Shown: one piece after another, positions 1 through 9,970 of the stretch
How positions within the stretch are numbered: position 1 is the first letter of the stretch
How the letters are laid out: every line of letters begins with the position of its first letter
Assembly (NCBI GenBank): GCA_035285125.1
Contig: JAYKHR010000066.1
Location: 96,001 to 160,000 of the forward strand
Source of the DNA: Candidatus Sericytochromatia bacterium
Lineage (GTDB): Bacteria; Cyanobacteriota; Sericytochromatia; S15B-MN24; JAQBPE01
DNA: 64,000 bases
Direction: 5' to 3'
Position numbers and translations under genes: made by a program
The notes under the pieces: generated by a model
Databases searched by the model: none
What the model was told of the DNA's origin: nothing
The model's input: the letters and a program-made list of their open reading frames with translations, nothing else

Positions 1-1224
1 GGCGTCGCTGCCACCATCGAGCCGCTGGCAGCCAAAAAGGGCCTCGAGATCCGGCTCGCACTGGCCGAGGCCCCCGAGGCCGTCGTGGGCGACGAGGGCA
101 AGGTGCGCCAGATCGTCATGAACCTGGTGTCCAACGCCGTGAAGTTCACGGAGGCGGGGACCATCGTTCTCACGCTGGGGGTGCAGGAGGCCAACTGGAC
201 GGTCGCCGTGAAAGACTCCGGCATCGGAATCGCGCCCGATCTCCACGGGCTCATCTTCGAGGAGTTCCGGCAGGTCGACGCGTCCAGCACGCGCAGCCGC
301 GGCGGCACCGGGCTGGGGCTGGCGATATGCCAGAAGATGGCCAGGTTGATGGGGGGCTACGTGACCGTGGCCTCTACCCCGGGTTCAGGCAGCACCTTTA
401 CGCTCCACCTGCCGATCGAGGCAGCATCCGCCACGCCCGTGGTCGAGCCGTCCCGGACAGGCCGATCCAGCGGGCGGGAGGGCGCATTGCTGCTGGCCAT
501 CGACGACGACCCGGACGTGCTGGAGCTGCTGACCACCCGGCTTGCTGGGACCGAGTTCGAGGTCGTGACGGCGCTGGGCGGCGAGGTCGGGCTGCGGGAA
601 GCGGAGCGGCTCAAGCCGGATGTCATCACGCTCGACGTCGTGATGCCGGGGTTCGACGGCTGGGAGGTGCTGCGGCGCCTGAAGGCCAACCCGGACCTTG
701 CGGCCATCCCGGTCGTGATGATGAGCATCCTGGAGAACCGGGCGCTCTCGTTCAGCATGGGGGCTGCCGACTGCGTCGCCAAGCCGGTGGCCGGCGACCA
801 CCTGCTGGAGGTGCTCAGGCGGTCGAGCGGCACCTCCGGCCCCGTCTCGGTGCTCGTGGTGGACGACGAGCCCGACGCCAGGCACCTCATCGGGCAGGTC
901 CTGGAGGCTGCCGGGCACTCCTGGCGTGGCGCCTCCGACGGCGCGGAGGCGCTCGCCGCCATTCGGCAGGCGCGGCCGGAGCTCGTGGTGCTCGACCTGC
1001 TGATGCCCAACATGGATGGCTTCACCGTGCTGGAGACCCTCGCCGCCGATGCCTCCCTGCGCTCGATCCCCGTCGTCGTCGTGTCGGCCATGGCGCTGTC
1101 CGCCGAGGACGAGGCGCGGCTCGAGCGGGGCGCGCGGTGTATCCTGTCCAAGGCGTCGTTCACGCCAGATGAGCTGATCGCCGAACTTCAGATCCACCTC
1201 GGCGCGAGAAAGGCTCACCCGTGA
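1..1224 (+). CDS. Hybrid sensor histidine kinase, 5'-truncated: HATPase_c plus two receiver domains
   Basis: N box NLVSNAVKFT, G1 DSGIGI, F box FEEFRQVD, G2 GGTGLGL; two REC domains (IDDD..LDVVMP..KP; VDDE..LDLLMP). Frame is open from the window edge. Confidence 0.9.
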   Translation, partial: GVAATIEPLAAKKGLEIRLALAEAPEAVVGDEGKVRQIVMNLVSNAVKFTEAGTIVLTLGVQEANWTVAVKDSGIGIAPDLHGLIFEEFRQVDASSTRSRGGTGLGLAICQKMARLMGGYVTVASTPGSGSTFTLHLPIEAASATPVVEPSRTGRSSGREGALLLAIDDDPDVLELLTTRLAGTEFEVVTALGGEVGLREAERLKPDVITLDVVMPGFDGWEVLRRLKANPDLAAIPVVMMSILENRALSFSMGAADCVAKPVAGDHLLEVLRRSSGTSGPVSVLVVDDEPDARHLIGQVLEAAGHSWRGASDGAEALAAIRQARPELVVLDLLMPNMDGFTVLETLAADASLRSIPVVVVSAMALSAEDEARLERGARCILSKASFTPDELIAELQIHLGARKAHP

Positions 1225-1586
1225 AGTGCATCCTGCTGGTGGAGGACGTCGAGGACAACCGGGAGCTGGCCCGCCTGCTGCTGGAGTGCGAGGGTTACGA
1301 GGTCGTTGAGGCGCACAACGGGCGCGAGGCCGTGGAGGCCGTCCGCGCCAGGACCTTCGACCTGGTGCTGATGGACCTGTCATTGCCAGAGATGGACGGA
1401 TGGGAGGCCACGCGCCTGATCCAGGGGATGGCCGATCGTCCAGGGTTGCCCATCGTGGCCGTGACGGCCCATGCCATGTCCGGAGACCGCGAACGGGTCA
1501 TGGCGGCGGGCTTTTGCGGCTACGTGTCCAAGCCCCTCGACGTGGGTTCGTTCGCCGGCCAGGTGCGCGGCTACCTCGGGGCCTGA
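1221..1586 (+). CDS. Single-domain response regulator (CheY/DivK-like)
   Basis: ILLVED, LMDLSLPEMDG, VTAHA, SKP; GTGA overlap with the kinase stop. Confidence 0.9.
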   Translation: MKCILLVEDVEDNRELARLLLECEGYEVVEAHNGREAVEAVRARTFDLVLMDLSLPEMDGWEATRLIQGMADRPGLPIVAVTAHAMSGDRERVMAAGFCGYVSKPLDVGSFAGQVRGYLGA

Positions 1587-1837
1587 GGTCCGCCACGCCC
1601 CGCGGCATTGGCATGTTGCACGACGGTTCAGGTAGTCCCTACTGACGACCTCCTCCACGGTTTGGGGCTACGTTTGCAACCGGGTCCGTCCGTGGGCGGT
1701 TCGGCTGCCGTGGAGGCCTCGGCGGGCGACAAACCTAGTCCTTGCCCGGGCCTCCCGCAGACCACGCAGACGGCCCGTTGGCGCTGATGGCCGTGGTGGA
1801 CGGCGGTCTCCCTCTGGACGGGAAGGTGAACACAGAG

Positions 1838-3163
1838 ATGTCCGAGTTTTGGCGTTCGCGGGCTCTGGAGGCCGCCGAGGTCGTCAGCCTGGTGCGAGAC
1901 GGCGACCGCGTCTTCCTGCACGGCGGCTGCGCCGTGGCCCTGCCGCTGGAGGCCGCGCTGGCGCAGCGGGCCCGACAGCTGGCCGATATCGTCGTCTATC
2001 AGATGCACAAGGAGGGAGAGGAGGCCCTGCTTGACCCGGCGCTGGCCGGGCGGGTCCGCGTGGTCTCCATGTTCTGTGGCGCGCAGGCCCGTGCCGCCGT
2101 CAACGCCGGGCTCGCCGACTTCATGCCCGTGTTTCTCTCAGAAATCCCGCACCTGATGCGCCACCGGGCCATTCCCATCGACGTGGCCGTGGTCCAGCTC
2201 TCGATGCCCGACGCCCACGGCTGGTGCTCGCTCGGCACGTCGGTGGACGTCGCCCACCAGGCCGTGGCCTCGGCAAGGGTCGTCCTCGCCGAGCTCAACG
2301 CGCAGGTGCCGCGCACCCACGGCGACAGCCTCATCCACGTGGACGACCTGGATGCCTTCATCGTGACGGACCGGCCGCTGCTGGAGGTCGCCCCCAGGCC
2401 CCTCGACGACGTCTCGCTGGCGATCGGGCGCCACATCGCTGACCTGGTCGACGACGGAGCCACGCTGCAGGTTGGCATCGGCGCGATCCCGGACGCCGCG
2501 CTGGCGGCCATGGGCAACAAGCAGGATCTCGGGGTGCACACCGAGATGTTCTCCGATGGCCTTGTGACGCTCCTGCAGCGCGGGGTAATCACCAACGCCC
2601 GCAAGGCGCTGGCCCCGGGCAGAACGGTCACGAGCTTCGTCATCGGCACCCGCAAGACCTACGACTTTGTCCACGACAACCCGGCCGTGGTGTTCCATCC
2701 GTCGGACGTGGTGAACGACACGGCCCTCATTCGCCAACACGCCCGCATGACGGCCATCAACTGCGCGATCGAGGTCGACCTCACGGGCCAGGTCTGCGCC
2801 GACTCGATCGGGGAGTCGATCTACAGCGGCATCGGCGGCCAGATGGATTTCATTCGCGGTGCCGCCATCGCGCCGGCGGGCAAGGCCATCATCGCCTTGC
2901 CCGCCACCGCCAAGGGCGGCAACGTCAGCCGCATCACCCCCACCCTCGCGGCGGGCGCAGGCGTTGTAACCACTAGGGGCCACGTCCAGTATGTCGTCAC
3001 GGAGCACGGCGTGGCCCAACTCATGGGCAAGACGCTGCGTGAGCGGGCTGAGGCCCTGCTCGCCATCGCCCACCCCGACCACCGGCCTGCGCTGCGGGCG
3101 GCGATCGTCGCCCGCAGGCAGTTTGGCCCACCGGCGGTCCCGCCTCAGGCTGCGGAGGCCTGA
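1838..3163 (+). CDS. Acetyl-CoA hydrolase/transferase family (4-hydroxybutyrate CoA-transferase-like)
   Basis: TLQVGIGAIP, LGVHTEMF (catalytic Glu), EVDLTGQV, SGIGGQMDF, VVTEHG; start set at ATG 1838. Confidence 0.9.
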   Translation: MSEFWRSRALEAAEVVSLVRDGDRVFLHGGCAVALPLEAALAQRARQLADIVVYQMHKEGEEALLDPALAGRVRVVSMFCGAQARAAVNAGLADFMPVFLSEIPHLMRHRAIPIDVAVVQLSMPDAHGWCSLGTSVDVAHQAVASARVVLAELNAQVPRTHGDSLIHVDDLDAFIVTDRPLLEVAPRPLDDVSLAIGRHIADLVDDGATLQVGIGAIPDAALAAMGNKQDLGVHTEMFSDGLVTLLQRGVITNARKALAPGRTVTSFVIGTRKTYDFVHDNPAVVFHPSDVVNDTALIRQHARMTAINCAIEVDLTGQVCADSIGESIYSGIGGQMDFIRGAAIAPAGKAIIALPATAKGGNVSRITPTLAAGAGVVTTRGHVQYVVTEHGVAQLMGKTLRERAEALLAIAHPDHRPALRAAIVARRQFGPPAVPPQAAEA

Positions 3164-3504
3164 TCGAACATCAGCAGGGTCTTGGTGTGCCCCTCGTCCT
3201 CGATGTCGAGCGCGTGCAGTGCCCCCTCGGCGTCCTCCTCCAGGAAGACGTGGGCTGGCCGGGCCACCACGTGGATGAACGGCATCGTATCAGGGTCCTC
3301 GGGCGCCGTCGTGATGGCGATGGTGGCGGGCCGGCCAGCCTGGCTCGAGACCTCCAGCCCGATGAGGGGCAGGTGCGTCACGAGGCGCTGGGCCCCCACA
3401 TCTGGCGCCAGCACGTCGACCGTGACGTGGCGGGTGATGGCCCCCTCACACACCCGGTTCAGTGTGGTTTCCCACTCAGCCTGTGGCACCTCGCGCGTGG
3501 TCAT
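3145..3504 (-). CDS. Small conserved protein, DUF5335-like
   Basis: MTTREVPQAEW... resembles the DUF5335 N-terminus; AGGAGGAGG RBS before ATG 3504. Confidence 0.6.
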   Translation of the reverse strand: MTTREVPQAEWETTLNRVCEGAITRHVTVDVLAPDVGAQRLVTHLPLIGLEVSSQAGRPATIAITTAPEDPDTMPFIHVVARPAHVFLEEDAEGALHALDIEDEGHTKTLLMFDQASAA

Positions 3505-3602
3505 GCCAACCTCCTCCTTCTCGACGGTTTCCAAGCCGCCCCCACCTTGCCGCACCCGAGAGGGGGCGACAAGCTTCGAGCGGCCGTGACCCTTTCGGGC
3601 CG

Positions 3603-5408
3603 TCAGGCCGGTGGAGTGGCTGGCGGCACCAGGTTCGCGCGCAGCACCTTGCCCTTGTAGGACAGGCCGGAGAGGCGCTCGACGACGCGGGGGGCGTCGG
3701 CGTCTCGGACGTCGAAGAAGGAGAAGAACGGGTGCAGGGCGATGGCGCCGATGGCCTCACCCCGGATCTCAGCCAACCCGCAGACAAGTTTGACCAGCCC
3801 GCCCCGGGTCAGGCCGTGGGCCTTCCCCTGGCTGAGCCAGACCCGGGTAAATCCGGGCTCATGGTGCTCGCTGAGCCGCCGGCGAGGGGCAGGATAGCCT
3901 GCGTCTTCGCCACCGGCCGCGGAACCGCCTTCCGGCCCTGCTGCGGGCGCTTGCGCGCGCCCGAAGCCGGAGACAGGCACCCTTCCGGGGGCGGGCCCGC
4001 CGGGGCGGCCCCCAGCGGTCACGCCGCGCGGGGGGCCAACTTCCGGCCGCGGCCGGGCCACCCGCTCGGGCCGGCGGGGCACGGGAATGTCCGACCCAGC
4101 CGTCAGGGCGATCCGGGCCGTAGCGTGCTCGGCGAGCAGCGCCGCGACGAGATCCAGCGGCTCCAGGTAGCCCAACAGCTCGCGTGAGAGGGTTGCGACG
4201 TCAGGCTCCACGCCCGCCGACACGCGTTCCACCAGGTTCTCGTGGAGCCTCTCCCGCAGGCGCTTGCGGACCTCGGCGGCCTGCGGCAAGAGCCGCAGCG
4301 CCACGGGCACCCCGGCATTCTCCAGCATCCGACGGAACCGTCCGGCGTCCCGCGGCGCGACGAAGGTGACGGCCTCGCCCTTGGCGCCGGCTCGGCCCGT
4401 CCGTCCCACCCGGTGGATGTAAGACTCGGGGTCGCGCGGGACGCCGAGGTTGTAGACGTGCGTCACGCCCTTCACGTCGATGCCGCGGGCTGCGACGTCG
4501 GTGGCGACGAGGACGTCCAGGGCGCCACGGCGGAACGCGCCCAACGTGCGGGACCGCGCTTCCTGCGGGAGGTCACCGTTGAGGTGGGCGGCCTCGAAGC
4601 CCTCCTCGCGCAGGCGCTCGGCGAGTTGCTCGGTCTCCGCCTTGGTGTGGCAAAAGACGATGGCCAGGGCCGGGTGGTCGGCGTGGAGGACGTTCACAAG
4701 GGCCTCTTCCTTGTGTTCGGCCAGCACCTCGTAGGCGACGTGCGTGATGTCGGGGGCCGCCTTGCCGCCCTCGGAGAGCTCGATCCGGACGGGGTCGCGC
4801 AGGGTCCGCGTCGCGAGCTCTGCCGTGCCTGGCGCCAGCGTGGCCGAAAACATCAGCGTCTGGCGCTCGGCGGGCAGGGCGGACACGATGCGGTCGAGTT
4901 CCTCCGCGAAGCCCATGTCGAGCATCTCATCGGCCTCGTCAAGCACGAGGGTGCGACAGCTGCCGAGGTCGAGCCGCCCCCGCTCCAGGTGGTCCACCAG
5001 CCTTCCGGGCGTGCCCACGACCAGGCGGGCCCCACGGCCAATGGCCCGCAGCTGATCCCGGTACGCGCCACCGCCGTACAATGCAGCCACCTCGATCCCG
5101 AGCGGGCGCCCCATACGCCCGAGGGCTGAGGCGACCTGCATCGCGAGCTCCCGGGTGGGAAGGATCACGAGCGCCTTGGCGGCATCCGACTGCCCGGCCG
5201 TGGCAGCAAGCCGCTGCAGGATGGGCAGCCCGAAGGCCAGGGTCTTGCCCGTGCCGGTGCGCGACTGGACGAGCAGGTCGCGCCCGGTGAGCACGGCCGG
5301 GTAGCTCTGAGCCTGCACGGGGGTGGCCTGCTCGAAGCCCTGGTCTTGCAGGCCAGCGAGCAGATCGGGGTGAAGGTCCCAGCCGGCGAAGGCCGTGGTG
5401 AAGGTCAT
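3603..5408 (-). CDS. deaD: DEAD-box RNA helicase with C-terminal DbpA-type RNA-binding domain (DeaD/CsdA-like)
   Basis: Q motif, TGTGKT, PTRELA, DEAD, SAT, ARGID, HRVGRTGRAG; C-terminal IGAIALHPFFSFFDV. Confidence 0.85.
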   Translation of the reverse strand: MTFTTAFAGWDLHPDLLAGLQDQGFEQATPVQAQSYPAVLTGRDLLVQSRTGTGKTLAFGLPILQRLAATAGQSDAAKALVILPTRELAMQVASALGRMGRPLGIEVAALYGGGAYRDQLRAIGRGARLVVGTPGRLVDHLERGRLDLGSCRTLVLDEADEMLDMGFAEELDRIVSALPAERQTLMFSATLAPGTAELATRTLRDPVRIELSEGGKAAPDITHVAYEVLAEHKEEALVNVLHADHPALAIVFCHTKAETEQLAERLREEGFEAAHLNGDLPQEARSRTLGAFRRGALDVLVATDVAARGIDVKGVTHVYNLGVPRDPESYIHRVGRTGRAGAKGEAVTFVAPRDAGRFRRMLENAGVPVALRLLPQAAEVRKRLRERLHENLVERVSAGVEPDVATLSRELLGYLEPLDLVAALLAEHATARIALTAGSDIPVPRRPERVARPRPEVGPPRGVTAGGRPGGPAPGRVPVSGFGRAQAPAAGPEGGSAAGGEDAGYPAPRRRLSEHHEPGFTRVWLSQGKAHGLTRGGLVKLVCGLAEIRGEAIGAIALHPFFSFFDVRDADAPRVVERLSGLSYKGKVLRANLVPPATPPA

Positions 5409-5445
5409 AAAAAAACAGGTCCTCTTTATAAAAACCCAAGACGAA

Positions 5446-5472
5446 GCCCCGGCCTCTTAAGAGACCGGGGCT
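5446..5472 (-). terminator. GC-rich hairpin downstream of tRNA-Arg
   Basis: agccccgg..ccggggct inverted repeat followed on the minus strand by a T-rich tract. Confidence 0.55.
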
Positions 5473-5481
5473 CTGGTCAGG

Positions 5482-5555
5482 CGCGCCCACCAAGACTCGA
5501 ACTTGGGACCTTTTGATTCGTAGTCAAACGCTCTATCCAACTGAGCTATGGGCGC
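5482..5555 (-). tRNA. tRNA-Arg(ACG)
   Basis: Reverse complement GCGCCCATAGCTCAGTTGGATAGAGCGTTTGACT-ACG-AATCAAAAGGTCCCAAGTTCGAGTCTTGGTGGGCGCG; no encoded CCA. Confidence 0.95.
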
Positions 5556-5603
5556 TGACGAAAGGAATCCTACCAGGTCCGTCTGGGAACCGCAAGCATG
5601 TCG

Positions 5604-8600
5604 TCAGAGCTTGTTGAGGCCGAAGGGCATTCCCTTCGGGCCCGGGGGAGGTGCCGAGCGTCGTTTGGCGATGCTGAACTCGATGTAGTTCCCTTGGAAC
5701 ACCCGCTGACGCTCAGCCGGGTTGAAGAACTGGCGGCTGGCGGACTCATCGAGGCCAGCCACCAGCGACTGGACGATCTGCTTGGCCCTGCCGGCGACGG
5801 CCTTGGCGTTCTCCGCGTAGGGGCGAGACGCCGCGACCCCGAAGCTCCCCATCGCCTCGAGCAGCCTGGCCCCCATCGCCTCGGCCTCCTTCACCATAGC
5901 GGCGAAGGAGTTCAGCGACTCGACGTCTCCCAGGGCGATCTGGGCCTCGCCGATCAGGCCCAACAGCTCGGTTGCCTGCACCCGCATCCCAAGGCGATTG
6001 GCCATTTCGAGCGTCTCGCGGCCGAGCTGCAGGGCCTCCTCGTAGGCCTCTGCCCGCAGGGCGAGCCAGACGCACCGCTTGCGGACCTTCACCTGCAAGC
6101 CCTGCGCCCGGTCGCGCAGGGCGAGCCTCATCGCCTCGTCGAGGTCGCTGCGGGCCCCCACGAGATCGCCAAGCTGCGCCCGCGCCTCCCCGAGCATGGC
6201 CAGCACGTGGCCCTCCGGCTCCGTGTTGCCCGTCGACTGCAAGAGCAGCCGCAGGCCCTCCGCCACGTCGCGGGCCTCCTGAGCCCGCCCGAGGTTCAGC
6301 AGGAGGGCGACGCGGTGCTCCAAGACCCGGGCCTCCAGCATCTTGTTGTTGCTGGCGCTAAACAGCCGCACGGCCTCGGTCATGGCCCGGCCCGCGTCGA
6401 AAAGGCGGCCCATCAGGGCCAGGCCGGGCGCCCGGAACGTCACGGCAAGGGCGTGGACCAGGCCCAGGTTGGCCTCGCTGGCGATGCCGCCGGCAGCCTC
6501 GACCTCCGACAGGCCCATCTCCAGGTTGCCGAGTTCATAGGCGGTGATAGCCAGGTTGAGGCGCGCGAAGGCCTCCTCCTCGCGCAGCCCCAGCTCGAAG
6601 CAGGTGTTGAGGTTCGCCACGAAGGCCTGATCGGCTTTGCGGAACTCACCCAGCCGATAGCACGCGGCACCCAGGAGGTTGAAGGCGTTCTGGAGGCCGA
6701 CCTTGTGCCCGAGCTCCGTCAGGATGCCAATGGCCTCCTCGAGGTGCGCAACGCCCTCCTCGGTCTTTTCCGGCAGTGCCGCGACGTGAAGGTGCCCCGA
6801 GAACGCGAGCGCCTCGGCCACCGTGGCCCGGTCCTCCGTCTCCCGGGCGAGCGATAGCGCCTGTTGAATCTGGGCGAGCGCCTGGGGGATGTCGCCAAGC
6901 ATGTACCGCAACGCGGCCGAGGTGTGGTAGCTCCGCGCCGCGGACTCCTTGTCACCCGCGGCCAGCGACACCGCAAGGCTCTTCTCGCAACAGGCGACGG
7001 CCTCCGCCAGGTTGTCCTCGCTGGTGTAGCAGTCCGCCAGCGCGGTGAGCATCCGGGCCTGGTAGACAGAGGCCCCCACCTTGGCAGCCAGCGGGATGGC
7101 CTGGGTGTAGCAATCCCTGGCGCCTGCGGTGTTGCCGGAGAGCCGCCGGGTGTCCCCGAGCACGCGCAGCGCGAGCAGCCGTGGCTTGTCCCAGCGTGCG
7201 TCGCTGTCCGCCTTGAGGAGCGAGAGCGCGACGGCCAGGTAGCGCTCTGCCTCTCGGGTCGCGAACAGGGCGGCGCTCCTGCGGCCCACCTCGATGGCAA
7301 AGGTCACGATCTTGTCAGGTCGGCAGCCCACGATGTAGTGGTCCGCCACGGCCTTCACCAGCTCGAACGGCGCCTCGCGAAGCTTGGTGCGGCCGATGCG
7401 TTTCTCCAGCGACAGCGCGACCTTGGCATGCATGGCCGTGCGGTGCTCGGGCGTGAAGCTCTCGTAGACCACGTCCTTGAACAGCGCCTGAGCCCAGGCC
7501 GGCTTGTGATCGTCGCCCTGCACCCAGACGCCCTGACGCAGCAGGGCGTCGATGGCATCGAGCAGGCGGTCGTCCGAGAAGCCCGTGACCTCCTTCACCA
7601 CCTCGAGGTCGAACGACCAGCCCAACACGGCGCCCAGGCGCGCCACCAGAATGGCGTCCTCGGGCAGCTCGGCGAGCTTGCGCAGCAGCAGGCCCTGAAG
7701 ATCGCGTGGCATGCTGGAGGGGTCCGGCACCAGGCTCGTGTCCCAGCCCTGCTGCCCCGGCGTGAGCACGCCCTGGCGCACAAGGTGGTCCAGCAGCCTC
7801 TGCACGTGGAATGGGTTGCCCTCCGCCATCTGCGCGACCGTCTTCAGAAACGGCGCCGACACTCGCTCCTGGCTGAGCACGGCGTTCACGATGCGCGCGA
7901 CCGAAGCCGGGCCCAGCGGCTCCACGGGCAGCACCTCGCTGGCGCCCCACCAGTCCGGCAAGGTTTCGGGCTGCGAGCGCAAGGCCAGCACGCGCAAGAC
8001 GGGCTGGCTGCCGATGTTGCGCTGCAGGTAGTCCAACAGCTGGACGGACAGGGGATCCGCGGCTTGCCAGTCTTCCAGTATGATCACATAGGGCCTGACG
8101 TAGGCCAGGGACGAGAGCAGGGAGTGAATGGCGCCTTGAAGCCGGAGGCGCTCCTGGCCAGCGTCGTCGAGCTCCTCTTTGCCCCCGGCCGGCGCGAGCT
8201 CGGGCAGCAGCGCCGACAGCAGAGGCGCCGCCGCGTCCAGTTGCTCGGGGATACACTCCCGCATCGTGGGGACGAGCGCCCGCAGGATCTCCCGGAAGGG
8301 GGCATAGGGGGTGCTGTCCTCGCCCCGCCCGGCCCCCGTGGCCACGGGCACCACGCCATCCACCTGGAGCGAGGCACGGAAGTCTCGGATGATGCGACTC
8401 TTGCCGATTCCCGGCGGGCCCTCCAGCACGAGGGTGCCCCCGCCTTCCCCGCGTGTGAGCCGCTCGAGAGCCGCCGTCAGCCGACCCGTTTGCGCCTCGC
8501 GACCGATCAGAGGCGGCGCCAGCAGGGTCCGGCTTGCCCGACCGGCCTCGAAGCCCAACGCGTTCAGGACGTCGCTCGTCGACTGGAAGCGTTCCTGCGG

Positions 8601-9356
8601 CGCCTTGGAGAGCAGCTGGCTGACGACCTGCGCCAGAACCGGGTTGATGTTCGGCTTGAAGACGAGCAGGCTCGGGGGAGGCTCCGCGACGTGGGCGCGC
8701 AGCACCTCGCCTCGGGTGTCGCGCACGAACGGCAGGCTACCCGTGGCAAGCTCGAAGATCAGCGCGCCGAGGGCATACAGATCCGCGCGGGGGTCCACCG
8801 GGCCACGCATCACGATTTCGGGCGCCAGGTAGCCGAGAGTGCCCGACACGGGCAGATCGCTACTTCCGCTGTACTCGATGAGGCCGAAGTCCATGAGCTT
8901 CACGGTGCCATCCGGCGTGACGCGAACGTTCTGGGCCTTGATGTCCCGGTGGACGAACCCGAGCTCATGCACGTGCCCGAGGGCCGCCAGCAAGGGCGGC
9001 AAGAGCTTCATGATGGCCGCGCCGTCCATCGGAAGCAGCTCATCGAGCCCGTGACCGGGCACCACCTCCATGGTGAAGAAGGGCGTGCCGTCCTCGAGCT
9101 GGCCGTACTCATGGACCTGACAGCAGTTCGGATGGCGCAGCTGGGTCATCAGGCGGAATTCCTGCCTGAAGCGCAGCGCCCCCTCCGCGCTGAGCTCAGA
9201 GTTGACCTGCTTGAGGGCGACACGGGTGCCTGTGGCCAGCTCTTCGACCAGCCAGACCACGCCCATGGCGCCGGTGCCCAGCTCCTCTATTACGCGAAAT
9301 CGGTTGGCGATGAGGTCGTCGACTTTCACCCTGACCTGCTCCGGCCTCCCGGCCAT
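5604..9356 (-). CDS. Ser/Thr protein kinase fused to an AAA/STAND-type ATPase and TPR repeats
   Basis: LGTGAMGVV, VALK, VHRDIK, DFG, GTLGYLAPE; Walker A GPPGIGKS, Walker B IILED, AEGNPF; helical TPR-like C-terminus. Confidence 0.88.
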   Translation of the reverse strand: MAGRPEQVRVKVDDLIANRFRVIEELGTGAMGVVWLVEELATGTRVALKQVNSELSAEGALRFRQEFRLMTQLRHPNCCQVHEYGQLEDGTPFFTMEVVPGHGLDELLPMDGAAIMKLLPPLLAALGHVHELGFVHRDIKAQNVRVTPDGTVKLMDFGLIEYSGSSDLPVSGTLGYLAPEIVMRGPVDPRADLYALGALIFELATGSLPFVRDTRGEVLRAHVAEPPPSLLVFKPNINPVLAQVVSQLLSKAPQERFQSTSDVLNALGFEAGRASRTLLAPPLIGREAQTGRLTAALERLTRGEGGGTLVLEGPPGIGKSRIIRDFRASLQVDGVVPVATGAGRGEDSTPYAPFREILRALVPTMRECIPEQLDAAAPLLSALLPELAPAGGKEELDDAGQERLRLQGAIHSLLSSLAYVRPYVIILEDWQAADPLSVQLLDYLQRNIGSQPVLRVLALRSQPETLPDWWGASEVLPVEPLGPASVARIVNAVLSQERVSAPFLKTVAQMAEGNPFHVQRLLDHLVRQGVLTPGQQGWDTSLVPDPSSMPRDLQGLLLRKLAELPEDAILVARLGAVLGWSFDLEVVKEVTGFSDDRLLDAIDALLRQGVWVQGDDHKPAWAQALFKDVVYESFTPEHRTAMHAKVALSLEKRIGRTKLREAPFELVKAVADHYIVGCRPDKIVTFAIEVGRRSAALFATREAERYLAVALSLLKADSDARWDKPRLLALRVLGDTRRLSGNTAGARDCYTQAIPLAAKVGASVYQARMLTALADCYTSEDNLAEAVACCEKSLAVSLAAGDKESAARSYHTSAALRYMLGDIPQALAQIQQALSLARETEDRATVAEALAFSGHLHVAALPEKTEEGVAHLEEAIGILTELGHKVGLQNAFNLLGAACYRLGEFRKADQAFVANLNTCFELGLREEEAFARLNLAITAYELGNLEMGLSEVEAAGGIASEANLGLVHALAVTFRAPGLALMGRLFDAGRAMTEAVRLFSASNNKMLEARVLEHRVALLLNLGRAQEARDVAEGLRLLLQSTGNTEPEGHVLAMLGEARAQLGDLVGARSDLDEAMRLALRDRAQGLQVKVRKRCVWLALRAEAYEEALQLGRETLEMANRLGMRVQATELLGLIGEAQIALGDVESLNSFAAMVKEAEAMGARLLEAMGSFGVAASRPYAENAKAVAGRAKQIVQSLVAGLDESASRQFFNPAERQRVFQGNYIEFSIAKRRSAPPPGPKGMPFGLNKL

Positions 9357-9422
9357 GAGGCCCCAAGGCTGGTTATTCCCACGCGCACGGGAAACATGTC
9401 GGGCGACCGTCGCCCTGTCCCC

Positions 9423-9926
9423 TTACCGGGCCTTGGGGCTGGGTGAGGGAGAGGGGCCAGCGCCGGGCGGTGGAAGGTCCGGGTAGCGCACATCGTCGAG
9501 ATCGGGCTCCAGCGCCATCCCCAGCAAGCCCCGGAGCAAGGCTGTGGCGACGATCGGCTGCCCCTTTTTGGCGGCGGTGGCGGCCTCCCGGTGGGCCCGG
9601 AGCCACATTGGCCGTGTCATGTGCGGCAGCTGCACCTGCACGAAGTAGCCCCCGGGGAGCTCCCGCGCGTCGAGCACCTTCCCCTGGAGCCGGACGCGGC
9701 GGCCCATGTTTGTGTTTTCGAAGGCTCTCAGGGCCTCCTCGACCTGGAGCGTCGTCAACTCGGGCCGGGCGATCGCCTGGCGTTCCTTGATGAGCGCGTC
9801 CAGGGCAACCTCGGGCACCAGCGTGGGCGTCGAAGTCGGCTTGGCCTTGGTCCCGACGGCCCAGGCTGGCGAGGACACCGCAGCGAGGCAGGAAAGGGTC
9901 AGCAGGAACTTGGACAGGCTTGGCAT
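9423..9926 (-). CDS. Hypothetical exported protein, possibly OB-fold
   Basis: Signal peptide MPSLSKFLLTLSCLAAVSSPAWA; GRRVRLQGKVLD..KGQPIVATA pattern resembles OB-fold proteins. Confidence 0.5.
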   Translation of the reverse strand: MPSLSKFLLTLSCLAAVSSPAWAVGTKAKPTSTPTLVPEVALDALIKERQAIARPELTTLQVEEALRAFENTNMGRRVRLQGKVLDARELPGGYFVQVQLPHMTRPMWLRAHREAATAAKKGQPIVATALLRGLLGMALEPDLDDVRYPDLPPPGAGPSPSPSPKAR

Positions 9927-9970
9927 ACCCCGATCATCGGCGGCGGCAGGCCTGGACCTGATAGCCCATG

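Noticed and set aside
1587..1837. Possible riboswitch or sigma54 promoter upstream of the CoA-transferase (cctccacgg/ccgtggagg inverted repeat; TGGCA..TTGCA)
   Set aside because: No recognisable aptamer consensus, a 9-bp stem is unremarkable at this GC content, and the GG-N10-GC spacing is wrong for sigma54
6864..9446. Very long antisense ORFs (860 aa here; also 9968-11980, 40906-43362, 60006-61616)
   Set aside because: Shadow ORFs opposite well-supported genes, expected from high-GC codon bias; no motifs
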